64,000 nt of DNA. Source: a virus. The notes under the pieces were generated by a model, which was given only the letters and a program-made list of their open reading frames with translations, did no database searches and had not been told where the DNA came from. The DNA lies in the IMG/VR virus record IMGVR_UViG_3300030419_007436, positions 1 to 64,000 of that record; one strand, given 5' to 3'. This document shows positions 56,480-64,000 of the stretch, piece by piece. Every line of letters starts with the position of its first letter. The stretch's first letter is position 1. The position numbers and the translations under genes were made by a program.

Positions 56480-57253
56480 TTATTTACAATGTTGTGTTTT
56501 ATAAAATTCGCAAAAACCAAATCTTGTTTGACAGCTTAAACGATTTTTAATATATTTTTTTCTTTTTAAATTATAAAGCGCCTTGTCTAATAATTTAAGA
56601 GCATTCTCAGTTTTTTTAACACCACTGGTAACTTTAAATATTTCTATATTATCTTTCTTGGCGGTGCGCTTTAAAAGGGCAAAGTGTGTAACAATATTTT
56701 TAGGATCTACGTCATGTTTTAATCCAAAAAAGTGTTTATATAATGTTAGTTGATATGTGGTCATTCTGTCGCTTTTTCTTCTAGTGTCCCATCCCCACGA
56801 ACACGTCTTCCAATCGATAATATGATATTTGCCGTCATCTGTTTTTAAGACTAAATCAACATATCCTTTAAAATCAAAATCATAATCTTTTATTGGTTCG
56901 AACAATTTTTCTTCTACAGAAATTAATTCATATTTACCAAAATTTTCTTTAAGTGACGGAAGTACTTTCTTAACCAACATACATCCTTGTACACGCATGT
57001 TAGAGATTAATGATTTATTTAATTCTAGGTCATCTGGTAGTTTTTTTAACTCTTCTAGAAATTCTTTCTGAAAGTGTTCCGGGGCATCTGATATGTTATT
57101 TTCAACTAACTGCTCACATGCTGAATGTACCGCAGTACCGAATGCAGTATGTTCGTTTCCTTTGAATCCACCAATTTCATCTAAATAAACGAGTTTATGT
57201 TTCCAACCACATTCATTCCATAACTTTAACTCAGAAAAAGATATGTGAGACAT
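56480..57253 (-). CDS. PD-(D/E)XK nuclease, Cas4/AddB-like with four Cys, 257 aa
   Basis: ISFSEL..W..C, FGTAVH, VEEKL, FKGYVDLV, IIDWKT, QLTLY; C-terminal C-x7-C-x7-C (SCQTRFGFCEFYKTQHC). Confidence 0.85.
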   Translation of the reverse strand: MSHISFSELKLWNECGWKHKLVYLDEIGGFKGNEHTAFGTAVHSACEQLVENNISDAPEHFQKEFLEELKKLPDDLELNKSLISNMRVQGCMLVKKVLPSLKENFGKYELISVEEKLFEPIKDYDFDFKGYVDLVLKTDDGKYHIIDWKTCSWGWDTRRKSDRMTTYQLTLYKHFFGLKHDVDPKNIVTHFALLKRTAKKDNIEIFKVTSGVKKTENALKLLDKALYNLKRKKYIKNRLSCQTRFGFCEFYKTQHCK

Positions 57254-57553
57254 TTATTCCTCTTCTTTAATAATTTTAGGAGCGCTTTTGGGGCGTCTCT
57301 TTGATGTCGTTTTTGTTTTTTTAATTTTTTCCACCGTTAAAATCCACGTTCCAGTAGAGCTTTCTGGGCTTATATAATTTGAAATCCTGTAGGGACCATC
57401 AGCTTCCTCAACAATATACAAGGGATGTTTCTTTTTAAATTTTTTAACAATCTCAGGTCTAGTAATTGATTTTTTTTGATCAGGTCTTGTTCCTTCATAA
57501 TCTAAAGATTCTGTAATTTTTACTGTTTTTTCATCGACAAATTCAATATTCAT
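57254..57553 (-). CDS. Hypothetical protein, 99 aa
   Basis: ORF track; directly abuts both neighbours. Confidence 0.65.
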   Translation of the reverse strand: MNIEFVDEKTVKITESLDYEGTRPDQKKSITRPEIVKKFKKKHPLYIVEEADGPYRISNYISPESSTGTWILTVEKIKKTKTTSKRRPKSAPKIIKEEE

Positions 57554-57555
57554 TT

Positions 57556-58257
57556 TTATTCTCCTTCTATATTATTATCATCTAATAAATTAGAAATTTT
57601 ATTATATAATATAGGACTTATTTTACGTAAATAGTCACTATCCCTAAGAAAAAAGTTTTCAAAACCATTTGCAAAATATTCATTTATACTTGTAATAGAG
57701 TATGGAGAGTAAAATAATCCCACTGTCAGGCTTGTCAAAGTTGGATACCCAACAATGTTGAACAGGTAATAATCTAGTTTTTTGTCGTATTCAATGTTAT
57801 TTAGTTGTTCTTCCGAGGGTTGATATCCCTCTTGTTCTAAATAATGATACAAAGTTTGTCTTTTTCCTCTAAATTCACTTTCTATGTCACCGTCTGAATA
57901 TAAATAACTTCCATATTTTTCTTCGACGGCATGCGCCAACTCGTGTATGATATCATCAATCATATCGTTTTCGTTGTCTTGTTCATTGGTTATATACAAG
58001 GCGCCATCTTTATATTTCGCGTTAAAAGGAAGGCTCTTATCTTTATTGAAATCATTAAATTTACCAATATATATTGCATCTACATTTTCAACAAAAGCTC
58101 TTGGTACAATATTCTCAATAGTTTCAATTACATAATCTAGATTAAATCCATAGGGGAGCACATCTTTTACAAAAACTAATTTGTCTCCATATATATGTTT
58201 TTCTCTACTGTTACTTTTTGCGCTTTTACTGCTTTCTAAAATATATTCAGTATTCAT
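57556..58257 (-). CDS. Zincin metallopeptidase-like protein (anthrax lethal factor / Pro-Pro endopeptidase-like), 233 aa
   Basis: IIHELAHAV (HEXXH) plus a downstream SINEYFANGF (third-ligand Glu) and LRKISPILYNKI. Confidence 0.6.
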   Translation of the reverse strand: MNTEYILESSKSAKSNSREKHIYGDKLVFVKDVLPYGFNLDYVIETIENIVPRAFVENVDAIYIGKFNDFNKDKSLPFNAKYKDGALYITNEQDNENDMIDDIIHELAHAVEEKYGSYLYSDGDIESEFRGKRQTLYHYLEQEGYQPSEEQLNNIEYDKKLDYYLFNIVGYPTLTSLTVGLFYSPYSITSINEYFANGFENFFLRDSDYLRKISPILYNKISNLLDDNNIEGE

Positions 58258-58259
58258 TA

Positions 58260-58523
58260 TTAAATAAGACCATCCTTTCTCATCAACTTTTCTCCTTCAT
58301 CGACATCATTCATTGCTTGCTGATAGCCGCGGATAAAATTTTCTTCAGCAATTGGTAAAAGAAACTCCGGAAATTCTTCAGCTACAACTTTGATAATCAT
58401 TTCTACAGTTACTTCATCATCTTTTGGTGATAGTTTTTCTCCAACATATTCAACAAGCCAATTCTTCACTTCGGTGTCTGGTTCTACCGGCTTTAGAAGA
58501 TCCGGATTTTCATTTACATTCAT
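58260..58523 (-). CDS. Hypothetical protein, ~87 aa
   Basis: ORF track gives 58260..58595. The ATG at 58523 (MNVNENPD) avoids overlap with DoxX and follows its stop. Confidence 0.7.
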   Translation of the reverse strand: MNVNENPDLLKPVEPDTEVKNWLVEYVGEKLSPKDDEVTVEMIIKVVAEEFPEFLLPIAEENFIRGYQQAMNDVDEGEKLMRKDGLI

Positions 58524-58524
58524 T

Positions 58525-58926
58525 TTATTTCTCCACCAAGACTGATAGTTTGCTGCGATTTTGCCACAACAAATGTGCATAAAGCACGGCAACAACGAGA
58601 GCTATAACTAGCCCAGTTGGATCTAAAAATGCATGAAAAGCCACCACATTAACTACTACGGGTGCCAAAGCTACAAGAGCTAAAGTTACGTATTTGCCCC
58701 ATAGTAAGAGAGCGCCACAAACTAATTCCACGCCTTTAAGTAGTGGAAAAAAATATGGTGCTGTGGCCAGGCCCACTAAAAATCCATGAGCCGTTTCTGC
58801 GGGAGTTGGTGAAGAAAACAGACTGAAAAATCCATTTAGTCCAAAAACAAAGAACACCAAACCCAATGCAACTCTAGAGCCGCTTTCCTTTAGGCTATCC
58901 AATAAATATAAAAGTTTAAATTTCAT
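58525..58926 (-). CDS. DoxX-family membrane protein, ~133 aa
   Basis: SRVALGLVFFVFGLNGF, YFFPLLKGVELVCGALLLWG, LAPVVVNVVAFHAFL; ATG at 58926 with a strong AAGGAGG SD. Confidence 0.85.
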   Translation of the reverse strand: MKFKLLYLLDSLKESGSRVALGLVFFVFGLNGFFSLFSSPTPAETAHGFLVGLATAPYFFPLLKGVELVCGALLLWGKYVTLALVALAPVVVNVVAFHAFLDPTGLVIALVVAVLYAHLLWQNRSKLSVLVEK

Positions 58927-58944
58927 AGTAAACTTCCTCCTTAA

Positions 58945-58973
58945 ATAATAAACCATCATATAATATTTGTCAA
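58945..58973 (-). promoter_or_regulatory. Sigma70-type promoter upstream of DoxX
   Basis: TTGACA (58973-58968), a 17-nt spacer and TATTAT (58950-58945) on the minus strand in the PhoH-DoxX intergenic gap. Confidence 0.6.
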
Positions 58974-58979
58974 GTTATT

Positions 58980-60290
58980 TTAAAGTATTTTAGATGCTAG
59001 AGTTGCAACCTTTGATCTTTCGCCCTTTATTAACGTTACATGACCGGCCACGTCATAACTTTTAAACCTCTCTACTGCATATGCTAATCCATTAGAAGTT
59101 TCGTCTACATATACGTTATCTATTTGGTCTATATCTCCAGTTAATACCACTTTTGTGTTTTCTCCGACTCTAGTAATTATAGTCTTTAATTCATGCGCTG
59201 TCAAATTTTGGGCTTCATCAATTATAATAAACGCATTAGATATAGAGCGCCCCCTTATATATGTAAGCGCCTCTATTTCTATTGTTCCTTGTGCTATATA
59301 CATTCTCAAAGTTTCTTTATCGTTACCCATTAGATGGCGTAAATTGTCTTGAATTGGAGCCAGCCATGGAGTCATTTTTTCCTCCATTGTGCCAGGCAAA
59401 TATCCAATATCTTTTCCCATCGGCTGAATTGGCCTAGAAACTATTAATCTTTTAAATGGAGCTAACTTATCGCTCTCGACAACCTGAGCTAAACCAGAAG
59501 CTATAGCTAATAGGGTTTTTCCGCTACCAGCTTTACCAATCAAAGTTACGACTTTGACGTCGGGATCTAATAATAAATCTAATGAAAAATTTTGTTCTTT
59601 GTTTCTTGGCTTAACTCCCCATATTCCTTTTTTATATTCTCCATTAATTCTTTTCAAAGGTTTTGAGTAATCATAAAATCTAGCTAGTGCTGTTTTTTTA
59701 TCATTTGAACTAGAAACTAACATTACAAAATGATTAGGAAAGAGCTTAATATCTTCTTTTTCTAAATAAATCTTTTCGCCCGCGTAAAATTGATCTAATA
59801 TTTGATCATCAACCAAATGTGTTTTAAAGCCCGTATAAAGATTCTCTGTGTTTTTTATCACCTGATTTACAATAAAGTCTTGTGTTAATAGGCCCAAAGA
59901 ATCACATTTAACGCGCATGTTAATATCTCGTGATACTAATATTACTTTCCTGTTTGGATGAAGTTCTTTTTCTTCTAAAGCAACTGATATAATTTCATTG
60001 TCCGCAACAGACATGTCAAGCGATTGTGATGTGCTGGTTTTTACGTATACTAGGCCTTTTCCCTTATCTATTCTCACCCCCTTATAAAGGGAACCTTTTT
60101 CACGTAAATTATCCAGCGCTCGAATTAATCTTCTTGCATTAGAGCCGACACCATCTTGTCGCTTTTTGTGATTATCTACTTCTTCCAATACTTTAAAAGG
60201 AATAACGATATCATTGTTTTGATAAGAAGTTAAAGCATTAGCGTCCGTTAAATAAACACTAGTATCAAGGATATATATTTTTTTTGCCAT
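58980..60290 (-). CDS. phoH: PIN-domain PhoH-family protein (PhoH2/YlaK type), 436 aa
   Basis: PIN: ILDTSVY, VLEEVD, DNEII, VSRDINMRVK. PhoH ATPase: PRNKEQ, GKAGSGKTLLA, GYLPG..EEKM.PW, YIRGRS, IDEAQNLT, TGDIDQID. Confidence 0.95.
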   Translation of the reverse strand: MAKKIYILDTSVYLTDANALTSYQNNDIVIPFKVLEEVDNHKKRQDGVGSNARRLIRALDNLREKGSLYKGVRIDKGKGLVYVKTSTSQSLDMSVADNEIISVALEEKELHPNRKVILVSRDINMRVKCDSLGLLTQDFIVNQVIKNTENLYTGFKTHLVDDQILDQFYAGEKIYLEKEDIKLFPNHFVMLVSSSNDKKTALARFYDYSKPLKRINGEYKKGIWGVKPRNKEQNFSLDLLLDPDVKVVTLIGKAGSGKTLLAIASGLAQVVESDKLAPFKRLIVSRPIQPMGKDIGYLPGTMEEKMTPWLAPIQDNLRHLMGNDKETLRMYIAQGTIEIEALTYIRGRSISNAFIIIDEAQNLTAHELKTIITRVGENTKVVLTGDIDQIDNVYVDETSNGLAYAVERFKSYDVAGHVTLIKGERSKVATLASKIL

Positions 60291-60398
60291 ACGTTTTTAT
60301 AAGCTAGCGCTTCATATATAAATAGTTCTTAGCAATTTAATATCAAAAAGAACCGATGTTTTATTTTTAAAAACATAGTTATTATAAGGCGGGCTCAT

Positions 60399-60854
60399 AT
60401 GAAAAATAAAATATTATTTATTTTAATGTTTATGTTTATACCATTAATTGCTGAAGCAAAAATTGTATTATGCAAAAAAACATGCTCGGAATTAAGGAAT
60501 GAACACATTGAACCGATAAAAGGTCTTATTTACGAATTGTCGCAGAGGCAGGGGGCCGAGACTAAAAAACAGTTTGCCATACATGCAGCTAAAACAATTG
60601 TTTGGATCGATAAGCTCCATAAAGATGAAAAAATCTATAATCTAGAAGATTATAAAAATGACGATAGAGCCAGCTTGGTTAATACGTGTATAAAATATAT
60701 AATTAGCGTTGTTAACGGACAAGAAGGCCTTCCAATAGATGAAACATTAAATAGATGGGGTTTAACTGGAAAAAGAGTTGTTGCAGAATATAAAGAAGAA
60801 ATAATAAAAAAACAAAAGGTTATAAAATGGAAATTGGAGTTGAGTAAAATATGA
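60399..60854 (+). CDS. Hypothetical exported protein, 151 aa
   Basis: Signal-peptide-like MKNKILFILMFMFIPLIAEA (A-x-A); ATGA overlap with the protease gene. Confidence 0.7.
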   Translation: MKNKILFILMFMFIPLIAEAKIVLCKKTCSELRNEHIEPIKGLIYELSQRQGAETKKQFAIHAAKTIVWIDKLHKDEKIYNLEDYKNDDRASLVNTCIKYIISVVNGQEGLPIDETLNRWGLTGKRVVAEYKEEIIKKQKVIKWKLELSKI

Positions 60855-61603
60855 GATTTTTTATTTTATTAGCTTTATCTTTTGTAACTTTAACTTGCAG
60901 CACAACAAATAACTATAATAAAATTCCAGTTGCATATGATTATAGCGCTGAAAAAGTTGTCAAAAATCTTCCAAGAGATTCTTTCATACATATATCAGCA
61001 AAAGAATTCACACAATTTTGTTTTAATCAAGATGGAGAAAAATTTTGCATAAGTGTAGGGAGTCCCAAACATTCCACAGGTTCTGGTTTCGTTATTGGTG
61101 CAACTGTTAATGGAAGCTTGGTAATTACTGCAGCACACGTTTGCAATCCAAAACACAAAAGTATGCAAATAGAGTTTGTATTAACTGATTTAGATGGCAA
61201 TGAATATTCTGCACATGTTGTCGCCAGAGATAATGATAGAAAAAGTGATATATGTATGTTATATTCTGAAAAACTGACCAAGCCACCAGTAAAATTGGCG
61301 GTGCAAGGGCCGTTACCCGGGGCGAAACTCTATAATGTTGCGGCGCCCATGGGAATATTTAATAAAAACATGGTGCCAATATTAGAAGGTAGATATAATG
61401 GTGTTTCTTTCAGGGGGAGCGCCATGTATTCAATACCTGCGGCGCCTGGATCTTCCGGATCGATGGTTTTAAATGAAAATTTTGAATTAGTTGGGATGAT
61501 TCATTCTCTCCATATAAGATTCCCTAATGTAACTGTTGGTCCAAAATTTGAAATATTGAGTAAATTTATAAGAAAGAATAAAGTTAAATTTAATAAATTA
61601 TGA
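60851..61603 (+). CDS. Trypsin-like (S1) serine protease with an N-terminal signal/anchor, 250 aa
   Basis: GSGFVI, ITAAHVC (His), SDICML (Asp), APGSSGS (Ser), LVGMI. Confidence 0.9.
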   Translation: MRFFILLALSFVTLTCSTTNNYNKIPVAYDYSAEKVVKNLPRDSFIHISAKEFTQFCFNQDGEKFCISVGSPKHSTGSGFVIGATVNGSLVITAAHVCNPKHKSMQIEFVLTDLDGNEYSAHVVARDNDRKSDICMLYSEKLTKPPVKLAVQGPLPGAKLYNVAAPMGIFNKNMVPILEGRYNGVSFRGSAMYSIPAAPGSSGSMVLNENFELVGMIHSLHIRFPNVTVGPKFEILSKFIRKNKVKFNKL

Positions 61604-61924
61604 TTTCCACACTGTTTTACCAGAAGGTGTTTTAACATTCTTAAGAAATCTATGAATATTTAATATTGCCATAATATTGTCTTCTTCAAATCTATCTTGT
61701 ATATAATCTTCAGTTGTGCCTTTTACAAAATTACAACATCGTGCCACGTGGGAATCTATATCATCTTTTGTCGGTGTGTAAATCTTAAGATTGTGAACCA
61801 AATCAAAAATTTCTTTATTGTTTAAAAAAAAAGTTATTTTAATACCTTTGCTGCTGGTTGGTACACTTTGCGCTGTAATCATTATTTTATTTGGTTCACA
61901 GACATAGCGATGATGGTATTTCAT
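61598..61924 (-). CDS. Hypothetical protein, 108 aa
   Basis: ORF track; starts 2 nt after the GAPDH stop; 6-nt convergent overlap with the protease gene. Confidence 0.65.
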   Translation of the reverse strand: MKYHHRYVCEPNKIMITAQSVPTSSKGIKITFFLNNKEIFDLVHNLKIYTPTKDDIDSHVARCCNFVKGTTEDYIQDRFEEDNIMAILNIHRFLKNVKTPSGKTVWKS

Positions 61925-61926
61925 TC

Positions 61927-62988
61927 TTATACCTCTGAAAATAAATAGTCATTGAACATCTTTATCTTCGAAGTATACTTCTTTCCATATATGCCATATA
62001 GTACTGCAGCTATGCTACTTAATAGAGAATTTCCATCCTGTGGTGTGAAACAAAATCCTACTATTCTTGTACCGTCTTTTACGCTGTGAGTGCTGATAGA
62101 TGGTATAGAAACAACAGTGTGATTAAATATTCTTCCATAATATCCATGATCACGACCAAAAGAAAATATCTTATTAGCTAAATTCTTATGAGTGAGTGCA
62201 ACATACGGGTTCTCTTTAAATTTATTGACAACCTTTTGTACATTTTCGTTACCTCTTACAACTACACTAAACCTAACTGTATGCATATATTGAGAATTTA
62301 CCTTCATTGCACTTGAATAAAGTGACAAATGTTTATAAAGTGTATTAAGCACTCTGGACGCGTCTGATGCATGGTGAGTGCCAAAAAGATTAACATTGTG
62401 GGCGCCCACTTCTGGGGAAGCAACAAAGCTGCCATTTTGGCTTATATCGTTTGCCCTTCTTATACAAACAAAATCAGCATCGACAATTCTATCAAATTTT
62501 GGAGACAAGCTTTTTAATACGCCACAAATATTATGTGTATTGCAGCTTACCACCTGAATGAAATTTGGTGTAGACCTAAGCAATGCATCATCATTAATGC
62601 CATATGCATATGGAAGACCGAAATTCTTTTCGCTCCCTTGGGCTATATATATTTTATTTTTTCTCTTTCTATAATATTTTTCTTTATTCTCATTTCCCGC
62701 GGGAGTACAATCAACAACAACATCACAAAGATCTAAAGCTGCCTCATAATTTAAAACTGGTTCATGTCCTAGGGATTGAAATTCTTCTACTTTGTCTGAA
62801 TCTACAACTAAATTAGCACCACGATTAATCATGCTATTTACTTTAGCAACTTCATCGACAAGCGGCGTTCTTTTATGAAAATATACATTAATTCCTAATT
62901 TTCTTTTAAAATCTGACAATAAGCCAATAAGAGGCTCTCCAATGGTGCCAGTGCCAACAACTAAAACGTTCTTTTTTGCTTTACTCAT
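61927..62988 (-). CDS. gap: Archaeal-type (type II) glyceraldehyde-3-phosphate dehydrogenase, 353 aa
   Basis: VVGTGTIG, VVDCTP, AQGSEK, VVSCNT (catalytic Cys), RRAND, THHASD, MHTV and PQDGNSLLSS are the type II GAPDH motif series. Confidence 0.85.
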   Translation of the reverse strand: MSKAKKNVLVVGTGTIGEPLIGLLSDFKRKLGINVYFHKRTPLVDEVAKVNSMINRGANLVVDSDKVEEFQSLGHEPVLNYEAALDLCDVVVDCTPAGNENKEKYYRKRKNKIYIAQGSEKNFGLPYAYGINDDALLRSTPNFIQVVSCNTHNICGVLKSLSPKFDRIVDADFVCIRRANDISQNGSFVASPEVGAHNVNLFGTHHASDASRVLNTLYKHLSLYSSAMKVNSQYMHTVRFSVVVRGNENVQKVVNKFKENPYVALTHKNLANKIFSFGRDHGYYGRIFNHTVVSIPSISTHSVKDGTRIVGFCFTPQDGNSLLSSIAAVLYGIYGKKYTSKIKMFNDYLFSEV

Positions 62989-63197
62989 AATACATTAATA
63001 GCCTTTACATTATTTGGGGAAATAAATTTCATTTTTTTATTTTTATTCTTTTTATCTGCCAGTGTTAAATATTGATTAGTATTCCAAGACAAATATTCTA
63101 TATCTTCAATAAGAAAAAGCCTGTTATTATATTTAACAGTACTTCCAACAAAAACTTTATTCTTGTGCATATCTAGCGCGTATCTTCTTGTTGTCAT
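62985..63197 (-). CDS. Hypothetical protein, ~70 aa
   Basis: Track gives 62985..63269; likely start MTTRRY at 63197; ATGA overlap with GAPDH. Confidence 0.6.
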   Translation of the reverse strand: MTTRRYALDMHKNKVFVGSTVKYNNRLFLIEDIEYLSWNTNQYLTLADKKNKNKKMKFISPNNVKAINVL

Positions 63198-63423
63198 TTT
63201 TTTGCCTTCTTTTATTATTTTCACCTTTCGAAAAGGATTTTTTAGATTTTTTATTTTCTTTTTTAACAACAGGGGGATCCCATACCTTAACCCTATATTC
63301 TTTAGCGCCTCTTCTTATTTTTATTAATTCATGTTTTCCAACTAACGAATCTTTATAATCACTAGCTTCTTGGTATGTTTGGAAAGTAGCAGAAGTTTTC
63401 CAAGTTTTAGTTTCACTCTGCAT
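63157..63423 (-). CDS. Hypothetical basic protein, ~88 aa
   Basis: Track gives 63157..63453; likely start MQSET at 63423 with SD GGGAGG. Confidence 0.6.
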   Translation of the reverse strand: MQSETKTWKTSATFQTYQEASDYKDSLVGKHELIKIRRGAKEYRVKVWDPPVVKKENKKSKKSFSKGENNKRRQKNDNKKIRARYAQE

Positions 63424-63640
63424 TATTTGCCTCCCTTTCTTTAAAAAGGCCATTCAGGGTATTAATACAGGATTCTGATTTTTCTAATATTCCAACCCAC
63501 TTTTTTAACTCATCTAATATGTTTGTATGATCTCCAATTGCAGTAGAATTATTATATATTAATTCTATCATTGCAATTGCTTCTGCTTTTTTAGCCACAT
63601 AATGTCCAATAATTGCTGAATGTAAACTTTGTGTTTGCAT
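63413..63640 (-). CDS. Hypothetical protein, 75 aa
   Basis: ATG with SD AAGGA, 20 nt downstream of the tmRNA 3' end. Confidence 0.65.
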   Translation of the reverse strand: MQTQSLHSAIIGHYVAKKAEAIAMIELIYNNSTAIGDHTNILDELKKWVGILEKSESCINTLNGLFKEREANNAE

Positions 63641-63660
63641 ATATATCCTTTTTTAATTAA

Positions 63661-64000
63661 GTGGAGACGTCGGGAGTCGAACCCGAGTCCAAAAAATCTA
63701 AAATATAATATGATATACAAGAATTGGTACGTTCACCACCTAAGCACCAGCCACCCAACTCTATGTCGGGGAAATCCATTCACCACTCTTAAGGCGTTGG
63801 CTACCAAAATTATATAGTCCTTATATAATTCAATCGCCCAGCCGATTTTAAGACCTTTTTTATGGCCACAGCTAAGCTAGGTTATTCGAACCCTTAAAAA
63901 CTAATACATGATATCGTATGCATTGCCGATCTAACTTTTTTAATAAAGTGTTAGCCACTCCAGATTATGCAGCTAAGGCGTAATCAAATTCAACGTTATC
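63661..64000 (-). ncRNA. ssrA: tmRNA (5' part beyond the right window edge)
   Basis: The minus strand has a T-arm TCGGG-TTCGACT-CCCGA, a 3' acceptor strand CGTCTCC (U70 for the G3:U70 Ala identity) and discriminator A at 63662. The tag frame GAT AAC GTT GAA TTT GAT TAC GCC TTA GCT GCA TAA (DNVEFDYALAA*) runs 64000-63965, with the stop inside a TTAGC...GGCTAA stem. Confidence 0.95.

Noticed and set aside
63629-63817. Plus-strand 62-aa ORF (…KWRRRESNPSP…)
   Set aside because: WRRRESNP is the classic antisense translation of a tRNA/tmRNA T-arm and acceptor stem, so this is the shadow of the tmRNA.
1-64000. Alternative genetic code (stop-codon reassignment, as in some large phages)
   Set aside because: Very long ORFs are intact under code 11, conserved enzymes are full length, and TAA, TGA and TAG all end genes at sensible boundaries.

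Overview
This is a 64 kb, AT-rich (roughly one third GC by eye), densely packed fragment of a large contractile-tailed bacteriophage genome. Almost all genes are on the minus strand, often coupled by ATGA/TAATG overlaps. Read in the direction of transcription (right to left), it has four blocks. (1) 64000-56480 is a host-interaction block: a tmRNA cut by the window edge (tag ...DNVEFDYALAA*), small ORFans, an archaeal-type (type II) GAPDH, a plus-strand pair of exported proteins including a trypsin-like protease, PIN-PhoH, DoxX, an anthrax-LF/PPEP-like HEXXH peptidase and a Cas4-like nuclease. (2) 56470-35425 is a 23-gene, 21 kb glycan synthesis and decoration cluster: Gmd, Fcl, GT11- and GT10-like fucosyltransferases, GT2/GT4/GT47-like transferases, APS kinase plus sulfotransferase, carbamoyltransferase, methyltransferase, a CMAH-like MBL-Rieske protein and a kinase/nucleotidyltransferase/HAD/SDR set. 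(3) 35432-33650 holds small genes and a sigma-70-like factor. (4) 33646 to the left edge is a baseplate and virion module: a multi-domain tail hydrolase, a possible spike, a 2405-aa ORFan, gp25-like and gp6-like baseplate proteins, a 3355-aa LamG protein with an internal duplication, and further large structural ORFs, one of which the ORF track misses because it runs off the left edge. The most promising candidate system is virion glycan armour, meaning the decoration cluster acting on Ser/Thr-motif-rich baseplate proteins. The palindrome GGCGCC also appears strongly over-represented. All family assignments come from motif recognition by eye, and no database searches were run.
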